From: Candidatus Nanoarchaeia archaeon | GTDB lineage: Archaea; Nanobdellota; Nanobdellia; Woesearchaeales; JACQSR01 | Direction of reading: 5' to 3' | NCBI GenBank assembly: GCA_035289105.1 | Contig: DATDYF010000040.1 | Coordinates: forward strand, 1 to 62,087 | Length of the DNA: 62,087 bases | Part shown: positions 56,965 to 62,087 of the stretch, piece after piece | How the letters are laid out: each line of letters opens with the position of its first letter | How positions within the stretch are numbered: the stretch's first letter is position 1 | The notes under the pieces: generated by a model | Database searches by the model: none | Told to the model about the DNA's origin: nothing | Seen by the model: the letters and a program-made list of their open reading frames with translations, nothing else | Program-made: the position numbers and the translations under genes

Positions 56965-57462
56965 ATGGAAGATGAAGTGAAGAAATGGCTCAAAAAGGTT
57001 GAAGATGTAAAGAAAGGCGATGTGGACCTTTCGAGGGATGAAGACCTTAGCATAGCCATAATGAACCTTGTCAGCCTGGAGGAGCATTTCTATTTCTCTG
57101 CGATGAAGACAGAAGACCAGAAATACCTTGACATGCTTCATTCTGTCAGGGAAACCAGAAAGAATCTGCTTAAAAAAATAGTGACTGAGCCCAAAGGAGA
57201 GGAGTGGTGCATAAGCAAGCATCTTTTGGGAGCAAGCATGCGCTTAATAGAAGTGGGCACAAAGGAGCTTTCGAAAGGCAACGCAAAGGAGGCGAATAAC
57301 TTTTTTACTCAGGCATTCAATCTTTACTCGTTGTTCTTTGCAATCAACCTGAAAATGATTGAGTCAAAGAAGCTGGAGCAGGGGGCGCTCCAGAAAGAAG
57401 AGAAGATGAGCAAGTTTTCTGCAATAATAAAGAAGATAGTTGACTGCTGCAAGGAATGGTAA
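56965..57462 (+). CDS. hypothetical helical protein ending in CCKEW
   Basis: ATG at 56965 just after the previous stop; 165 aa. Confidence 0.45.
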   Translation: MEDEVKKWLKKVEDVKKGDVDLSRDEDLSIAIMNLVSLEEHFYFSAMKTEDQKYLDMLHSVRETRKNLLKKIVTEPKGEEWCISKHLLGASMRLIEVGTKELSKGNAKEANNFFTQAFNLYSLFFAINLKMIESKKLEQGALQKEEKMSKFSAIIKKIVDCCKEW

Positions 57463-57580
57463 TGGGCCCAGCCAGACTTTCGTTTTAGGGTTGCATTTCA
57501 CTCCGAAGTTCGTGGCATCGTAGATGCCACTTGACTGCGGGGTGTATCGGGCGCAGCCCTTACTAATGGGCCCAGCCAGA
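57460..57580. repeat. 17-nt direct repeat (TAATGGGCCCAGCCAGA at 57460-76 and 57564-80) bracketing an 87-nt two-hairpin insert
   Basis: Exact repeat. The right copy is the 3' end of tRNA-Val (T-stem 3' strand + acceptor + 3 nt). Confidence 0.85.
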
Positions 57581-57687
57581 GTCGAACTGGCGACCTTCTC
57601 CATGTTGAAAACAGCTTCGCAGTTTTCAAAAGATTCAGCGGAGCTGCATCCGTCAAAGAGACGTCATAACCACTAGACCATGGGCCC
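57567..57687 (-). tRNA. tRNA-Val(GAC) with about 48-nt canonical intron
   Basis: GGGCCCA/UGGGCCC+A; D-arm GUCU-AGUGGUUA-UGAC; anticodon stem UCUCU/GGAGA, loop UUGACG|intron; T-arm GCCAG-UUCGACU-CUGGC. Confidence 0.8.
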
Positions 57688-57710
57688 CTGAATGGAAGCG
57701 CATTTGCCAG

Positions 57711-57722
57711 TTTTATAAATAT
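57711..57722 (-). promoter_or_regulatory. TATA box (TTTATAAA core) for tRNA-Val
   Basis: Box centre is about 29 nt upstream of the tRNA 5' end at 57687. Confidence 0.45.
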
Positions 57723-57856
57723 TGTGATGGAAGATGAAAATAAATGCCTCTAATGGGCTATGCCTGGTTTGGGTATAGGTGGGGGCGGATTATCGTTCAA
57801 AACAAAAAGGTTTAAAGATTTGTTAACACATACTACACACATTGGAGATTGTCAAA

Positions 57857-58075
57857 ATGGTTAATATGACATTATCAGTGCCAGAAGGACTTCACAATGA
57901 AATGGAAGTCCATTCAGAAATTAAATGGAGCGATGTAGCTAGACAAGCTTTTGAAAAGAAAGTCAAAGAGTTACATTGGATGGACAAGGTTTTAACAAAA
58001 AGCACCTTGACCGAGAAAGATGCTGAAGAGATTGGGCACAAGATAAAACATGAAGTCAGAAAAAGATTCTCTTAG
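57857..58075 (+). CDS. VapB-like antitoxin
   Basis: MTLSVPEGLHNEMEVHSEIKWSDVARQAFEKK pattern common upstream of archaeal PIN genes. A TTG at 57842 is also possible (TATA TTTAAAGA at 57811-18). Confidence 0.6.
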   Translation: MVNMTLSVPEGLHNEMEVHSEIKWSDVARQAFEKKVKELHWMDKVLTKSTLTEKDAEEIGHKIKHEVRKRFS

Positions 58076-58478
58076 GCTGATAGTCGATACGAATAGGATT
58101 ATCGCTGCATTAATCAGATACTCTATTTCGAGAAGGATTATAACTCATCTTGATGCAGAACTCTACACAATTGGTGTTTCTGAGAGGGAAATTGCGGGGT
58201 ATAAAAGCCTCATCTTGAAAAAAGCAGGGCTAAATGAGGTGGAGTTGGATGTGGTATTTGAAAAAATCAGAGAGAGGATGATAATCTTGGAGGATAACTT
58301 GGTATTAACAATGATAAAGGAAGCAAAAGAGATAATGGATAAAATAGACCCTGATGAGACTGCATTCATTGCTGCTGCACTTGCGATAAAAGCAGATATA
58401 TGGTCGGATGACAAACATTTTCAGAAACAAAAGAATGTTAAGGTTTGGAAGACGAGTGATTTAATGAGGGTATTATAA
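58050..58478 (+). CDS. vapC: PIN-domain (VapC-like) protein
   Basis: LIVDTN..., DPDETAFIAAAL, IWSDDKHF acidic residues in PIN order. Confidence 0.75.
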   Translation: MKSEKDSLRLIVDTNRIIAALIRYSISRRIITHLDAELYTIGVSEREIAGYKSLILKKAGLNEVELDVVFEKIRERMIILEDNLVLTMIKEAKEIMDKIDPDETAFIAAALAIKADIWSDDKHFQKQKNVKVWKTSDLMRVL

Positions 58479-58480
58479 GA

Positions 58481-58565
58481 AGCCTCCGATGGGAGTTGCA
58501 CCCACGACCTTTACCTTTTTGCATTTTATACCAAGGTAACGCAATAGCTACTATGCTACGGAGGC
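58481..58565 (-). tRNA. tRNA-Thr(GGU) with 12-nt intron and atypical D/T loops
   Basis: GCCUCCG/CGGAGGC+U; anticodon stem UUACC/GGUAA, loop UUGGUA|intron|A; T-arm GUGGG-UGCAACU-CCCAU; D-loop AGUAGCUA lacks GG. Confidence 0.7.
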
Positions 58566-58649
58566 ATGTGTTTGGGCTATTCGAAGAATAGACCGATTTT
58601 GGTGCAGCTTTTTGCTTGACAAAAAGATGCCTACCTCTGCTACGGAGGC
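58554..58649. repeat. 12-nt direct repeat (TGCTACGGAGGC at 58554-65 and 58638-49) bracketing a 72-nt two-hairpin insert
   Basis: Exact repeat equal to tRNA-Thr nt 1-12. Hairpins CTATTC-GAA-GAATAG (58577-91) and GCAgCTTTTTG-CTTGA-CAAAAAGaTGC (58604-30). Confidence 0.8.
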
Positions 58650-58696
58650 GTAGCACGGAGTTTTTTACACCCTTTTTTAAAGATTTGTTACAAAGA

Positions 58697-58707
58697 TTTA
58701 TAAAATA
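58697..58707 (+). promoter_or_regulatory. TATA box (TTTATAAAATA)
   Basis: Box centre is about 26 nt upstream of the GTG at 58728. Confidence 0.4.
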
Positions 58708-58727
58708 GGAGGTTATATTAATTTTAG

Positions 58728-59162
58728 GTGGTAGGTATGTCTGTAGACCGCGTTTTTATCGATTTTTTTCTTGATGTAATGAAGAGGGGAAGAAAGCATA
58801 TTTGGAGCCTCCATCGCGCATTCAGGCCCGAGAAAAGCCTTGAGCAGAAGGTGGCAGAGCCGCCTGCTTTCACCCTGGAGAGAGATGAAGATAGTTTGGG
58901 GTATATAGAAAAGCCATTTTTCTCCGTAAAATCTTACAGGGACCTTGCTATCAGGATTGCCTATGCCCCGTTGGAGATTTACAACAAATTCGAGAATGTG
59001 GCTATCGGTGCTACCGGATTTGCGAAGTGGCTTATGCCTGACACCGAGAAGTATTACTGGTTTGACTCGGTGACAAACAAGCCGGTTTTCTTCAAAGTAC
59101 CCAAGAAGATATACGATATTCTCAAGGAACGCGGCTTTATTCTGGACTACCTGAAAGAGTAA
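58728..59162 (+). CDS. hypothetical protein
   Basis: 144-aa ORF (GTG at 58728 or ATG at 58737); no motif. Confidence 0.45.
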   Translation: MVGMSVDRVFIDFFLDVMKRGRKHIWSLHRAFRPEKSLEQKVAEPPAFTLERDEDSLGYIEKPFFSVKSYRDLAIRIAYAPLEIYNKFENVAIGATGFAKWLMPDTEKYYWFDSVTNKPVFFKVPKKIYDILKERGFILDYLKE

Positions 59163-59163
59163 A

Positions 59164-59293
59164 TGCGAGGGAGGGGATTTGAACCCCCGGACTCACTAAG
59201 AGACAGGATGTCCTATTTACACATAGGTGCCTTCTTAAGTCCTGCGCGTTTGGTTGCCCGATTGCTTTCAATCTCCAGGCTTCGCTACCCTCG
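59164..59293 (-). tRNA. tRNA-Leu(UAA), class II, two introns (D-loop about 21 nt; 37/38 about 24 nt)
   Basis: GCGAGGG/CCCUCGC+A; D-stem GCG/CGC; anticodon stem CAGGA/UCCUG, loop CUUAAG|intron|A; T-arm GGGGG-UUCAAAU-CCCCU. Confidence 0.8.
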
Positions 59294-59317
59294 CGTTAGG
59301 CTCTAAGGCTCTTACGC

Positions 59318-59327
59318 TGTTTAAAAA
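59318..59327 (-). promoter_or_regulatory. TATA-like box for tRNA-Leu(UAA)
   Basis: GTTTTTAAAC on the minus strand, with its centre about 29 nt upstream of the tRNA 5' end. Confidence 0.4.
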
Positions 59328-59369
59328 CATTTCCCAATATTTTTATATAACCAACTCTTAGATGGCTCC

Positions 59370-59924
59370 ATGGTCCTTCTCAAATCAGAGCAAAAGCTGA
59401 AAATCGGCGATAAGGCGCCTGATTTCTGCCTTAAGGGGGTTGACGATAAGGTATATTCGCTGAAGGATTTCAAGAATGAAAAAGCATTGCTCGTCGTGTT
59501 TATGTGCAACCACTGCCCGTATGTCAAGGCAAAGTTTGAGGTAATAAAAGGGATTGCCTCGAAGTACAAAGACAGAGGGCTTGTTGTTGTGGGCATAAAT
59601 TCAAATGAATCAATAAATTATCCTGATGACAGCTTTGAGAACATGAAGAAAGCAGCAAAAGAGAAGAAATTTAATTTTGCTTACCTTTACGACGAAACAC
59701 AGGAAACTGCAAAGGATTATGGGGCTGTTTGCACTCCAGACCCATTTCTCTTTGATTCAAATATGAAGCTGGTTTATCATGGAAGGCTTGACAATGCGAT
59801 GAGCCCGGGAGAAACAGCAACATCCCATGACATGGACGACGCGGTTGATGCACTACTCAAGGGAAGGCCAATCAGCAAGGGATTTCTTCCATCACAAGGC
59901 TGCTCGATTAAGTGGAAGGATTAG
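59370..59924 (+). CDS. thioredoxin-fold redoxin (AhpC/TSA-like, CNHC motif)
   Basis: ALLVVFMCNHCPYVKA; 184 aa. Confidence 0.8.
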   Translation: MVLLKSEQKLKIGDKAPDFCLKGVDDKVYSLKDFKNEKALLVVFMCNHCPYVKAKFEVIKGIASKYKDRGLVVVGINSNESINYPDDSFENMKKAAKEKKFNFAYLYDETQETAKDYGAVCTPDPFLFDSNMKLVYHGRLDNAMSPGETATSHDMDDAVDALLKGRPISKGFLPSQGCSIKWKD

Positions 59925-60421
59925 TAGGCGTAAGCGTTAAAGTGAGACTTAATAGCTGCGTGGAGCTCATTTGTTTCCTTTATCGCCAAATCCTCGTATT
60001 TGTTTGTCCAGATTTTCCACACAAACCTGTCAAAAACAGCCCTTGAAAAGTAAAACCAGGGCTTGTTTTGCCACCTGCCGCCAAGCTCGCTTTCAAGGAA
60101 CGTGTCAAATATCAGCAAAACCTTCCCCTGATTAAGGCGCTTTTTGCCCTCTCCTTTTTCGATAATGATTTCCTGAACGTCGGACATCAAGGCGCGCAGC
60201 CTTATTACCTGCCTCTGCCATTCCACCCTGTTCTTCCATATCTCAATCTCCCATTTGATGCTTTTTCCCTCCGGCGCCAGCTCCTCGTGCTTTATCTTTA
60301 TCTCGCGCTCCATGCCATGCTCCATTATCCAGTCGTCGACAAATTTGTAGAATTCCTCCACCTCAAACAGCCCGGAGTAGCTCAATCTCAGCTCATCAAC
60401 AATAAGTTTTTTCTCAACCAT
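59921..60421 (-). CDS. uncharacterised paralog 1 of a tandem triplet
   Basis: 166 aa; clearly alignable with the next gene (KGEGKKRLNQGKVLLIFDTFLE...RWQNKP vs KEGKKARLGQGRVIMFLDAFLE...RWDDKP). Confidence 0.6.
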   Translation of the reverse strand: MVEKKLIVDELRLSYSGLFEVEEFYKFVDDWIMEHGMEREIKIKHEELAPEGKSIKWEIEIWKNRVEWQRQVIRLRALMSDVQEIIIEKGEGKKRLNQGKVLLIFDTFLESELGGRWQNKPWFYFSRAVFDRFVWKIWTNKYEDLAIKETNELHAAIKSHFNAYAY

Positions 60422-60422
60422 C

Positions 60423-60959
60423 TTAATGCGCGAAGTGGGGCACTACAGTTACCGGCTTGTAATGCCTGTACACATTGAAGTATTTTTCAAGCACATCAAA
60501 CAGGTGATGCGCATCGTAAGTAAGCTGCTGCTCGAATCTTTCGGTGTATGTCTTGAAAAGGAATTTGTCGTACATTGTGCGGAAAAAGAAAAGGATTGGC
60601 TTGTCATCCCACCTGTGCTCATAGTCGTGCTCGAGAAAGGCGTCAAGGAACATAATAACGCGCCCCTGGCCAAGCCTTGCTTTTTTGCCCTCTTTTTCCA
60701 CTTCAACATCGTTCAGGTCGTAAATAAGGATTCTAAGCTTTATGATATACCTGTAGTAGTCAGTAACCTTTTTCCAGGGCGAAATCTGCCATTCAATGAA
60801 TTTTCCATTTTTTGTGTCGAACTGGAAATTCTTGTCAACCTTTTTTTCATAAGAACGCTCAAGGAGCCATGACTGCACATGCTTGAAAAGGTTATTAACA
60901 TCAAAAATCCCGTTGTACTCAAGCTTAACGTGGTCTACCAAAATCCTTAACTCTGACAT
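60423..60959 (-). CDS. uncharacterised paralog 2
   Basis: 178 aa; 1-nt gap to paralog 1. Confidence 0.6.
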   Translation of the reverse strand: MSELRILVDHVKLEYNGIFDVNNLFKHVQSWLLERSYEKKVDKNFQFDTKNGKFIEWQISPWKKVTDYYRYIIKLRILIYDLNDVEVEKEGKKARLGQGRVIMFLDAFLEHDYEHRWDDKPILFFFRTMYDKFLFKTYTERFEQQLTYDAHHLFDVLEKYFNVYRHYKPVTVVPHFAH

Positions 60960-61522
60960 TATATGTGCACCCCGGTCCAGTAGCGGTGCTCATGCTCCCT
61001 GGAATACATGTTTAAAGTGTCCATCACAAGCTCGTAAAGTTTTTGTATTTCCCTGTACCATAGCTGGTCCCACAGTATATGCTCAACTCTCTTCTTTATT
61101 ATGTATTTATTATAAAAATTTCGCAAATTCGCAAAGAATTTTTCGTCCTGAAACCTTTTCTCATAGTCAAAATCTATATTGCCTTTAAATTCTATCCATA
61201 TGCGCCCTTTTGTCATGATTTTTGTCGAGCCATCCTGGTTCTTGACTTCGATATCCTGCGCATCGTAGGTGTGCATGTAAATTTCAATCACGAATTTGTA
61301 ATATTCCTCTTCCTTTCTCTCGCCTGTCCAGTTGTACTGGCGCTCCCTGCCGAATGCGGTAGGGGCTTTGTGCTTGAATGCCTTCTCGTAGAAGTTGTAT
61401 TTCCTGGAGCGAAACCAGTCAGCCATTTTCTTGTAAAGGTCATCCATGTCCCACACTCCCTTGTAGCGCAGCCAAACCTGCCCTGTTGGAGCTTTGACGT
61501 AGAAATGGGTGGGCTTTTCCAT
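60959..61522 (-). CDS. uncharacterised paralog 3 (more divergent)
   Basis: 187 aa; TAATG overlap with paralog 2; shares the Y.G..D...L.K....W, DIEV...KGRI.I.F and DYE.RF pattern. TATA (TTTTATATAG) at 61541-50 on the minus strand. Confidence 0.6.
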   Translation of the reverse strand: MEKPTHFYVKAPTGQVWLRYKGVWDMDDLYKKMADWFRSRKYNFYEKAFKHKAPTAFGRERQYNWTGERKEEEYYKFVIEIYMHTYDAQDIEVKNQDGSTKIMTKGRIWIEFKGNIDFDYEKRFQDEKFFANLRNFYNKYIIKKRVEHILWDQLWYREIQKLYELVMDTLNMYSREHEHRYWTGVHI

Positions 61523-61560
61523 ACTTTGTTTTTTGATTTAGAAGCTATATAAAACTTTGC

Positions 61561-61625
61561 CTACATCCCGGACATCTTTAACTTTTTCATCATCTTTCCC
61601 ATATCGCCCTTAGAGCCTTTGAGCA
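61561..61625 (-). pseudogene. displaced/duplicate copy of the SRP54 3' coding end (encodes VLKGSKGDMGKMMKKLKMSGM*)
   Basis: About 83% nt identity over 54 nt to the true gene end at 61693-61751. Confidence 0.7.
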
Positions 61626-61692
61626 CATTTCTCTGCAAGAGAAATGAGCAAAGAGTGCAGTCAAGTGGGACACAAGGTCCCACGAACTTCTA
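61626..61692. other. 67-nt two-hairpin insert between the SRP54 end copies
   Basis: CATTTCTCT-GCA-AGAGAAATG (61626-46) and the 34-nt core at 61657-90, which shares its 11+12-nt flanks with 57505-38. Confidence 0.8.
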
Positions 61693-62087
61693 CTAGCCCA
61701 TTTTTAATTTCTTCATCATCTTGGACATATCGCCTTTGGAGCCTTTGAGCATCTTCACCATCTTCTTTGACTGCCTGTATTGCTTAAGCAGTTCTCTGAC
61801 CTCACCCACGCCAATCCCAGAACCTTTTGCAATGCGGTCAATTCTGGATGCAGAGACGATCTCAGGGTCCTCAAGCTCGTCTTTTGTCATTGACTGCATA
61901 GCAATCTTCCATTTCTCAAGCTTGCCTTCCTGGACATCAAGCATTTCCTTTGGGAGCTTAAACTGCGAAAAGCCAGGTATCATTTCAACGAGCTTTGACA
62001 ATGAGCCCATTTTCTTCATTGCGGACATCTGCTCGTATAAATCCAGAAGCGAGAATTCCCCCTTGAGGAATTTCTTGCCCAGGTCTT
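61693..62087 (-). CDS. srp54: signal recognition particle protein SRP54 (C-terminal M-domain part; 5' end outside window)
   Basis: Frame is open to the window edge. ...FSLLDLYEQMSAMKKMGSLSKLVEMIPG...DRIAKGSGIGVGEVRELLKQY M-domain motifs. Confidence 0.9.
   Translation of the reverse strand, partial: DLGKKFLKGEFSLLDLYEQMSAMKKMGSLSKLVEMIPGFSQFKLPKEMLDVQEGKLEKWKIAMQSMTKDELEDPEIVSASRIDRIAKGSGIGVGEVRELLKQYRQSKKMVKMLKGSKGDMSKMMKKLKMG

Noticed and set aside
57364-57603. 79-aa minus-strand ORF.
   Set aside because: It spans the 3' end of a plus-strand ORF, the hairpin insert and part of tRNA-Val, so it is a chance open frame.
57564-57687. Apparent inverted repeat between the two ends of tRNA-Val (TGGGCCCA at both ends).
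   Set aside because: It is simply the acceptor stem: GGGCCC is self-complementary. Only the 17-nt direct repeat is meaningful.

Overview
Gene-dense archaeal chromosomal segment (62 kb, coding on both strands). The informational genes are of archaeal type: RpoA'' 3' end-L30e-NusA-S12-S7, aIF-1A, aIF-2gamma, TFB, Alba, Sm+L37e, S3Ae, S6e, S8e, S17e, L10e, ArgRS, GyrB and the 3' part of SRP54. Metabolic content includes a purine block (folC-purL-purQ-purS-purE-purC-suhB-purB-purM), bacterial-type riboflavin genes (ribA, ribD, ribB) plus archaeal-type ribL, an NfnAB-like + thioredoxin operon, bacterial-type TIM, transketolase and AMP phosphorylase. Envelope content includes a type-IV-pilin-like locus, SppA, LspA, MscS and several lipobox proteins. 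Seven tRNA genes carry nine introns, including D-loop and T-loop introns. I saw no rRNA, CRISPR array, transposase or integrase. Fused or shortened genes, bacterial-type metabolic genes, intron-rich tRNAs and TATA boxes about 25-30 nt upstream of start codons fit a small-genome DPANN-like archaeon; this is inference only. The most unusual signal is a set of short hairpin-rich inserts bracketed by direct duplications of host-gene termini: the tRNA-Val 3' end, the tRNA-Thr 5' end and the SRP54 3' coding end. Two of these inserts share an identical-flank, compensatory-stem 34-nt core. Other leads are a bacterial-type lipoprotein toolkit (LspA, a Lit-like DUF1461 protein, four lipobox proteins), an N-terminally truncated Dph2 in the operon slot normally held by aEF-2, a translationally coupled triplet of uncharacterised paralogs, a palindrome-dense divergent intergenic region, and a wHTH-PurB fusion. 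All family assignments come from motif recognition by eye; no database search was run.
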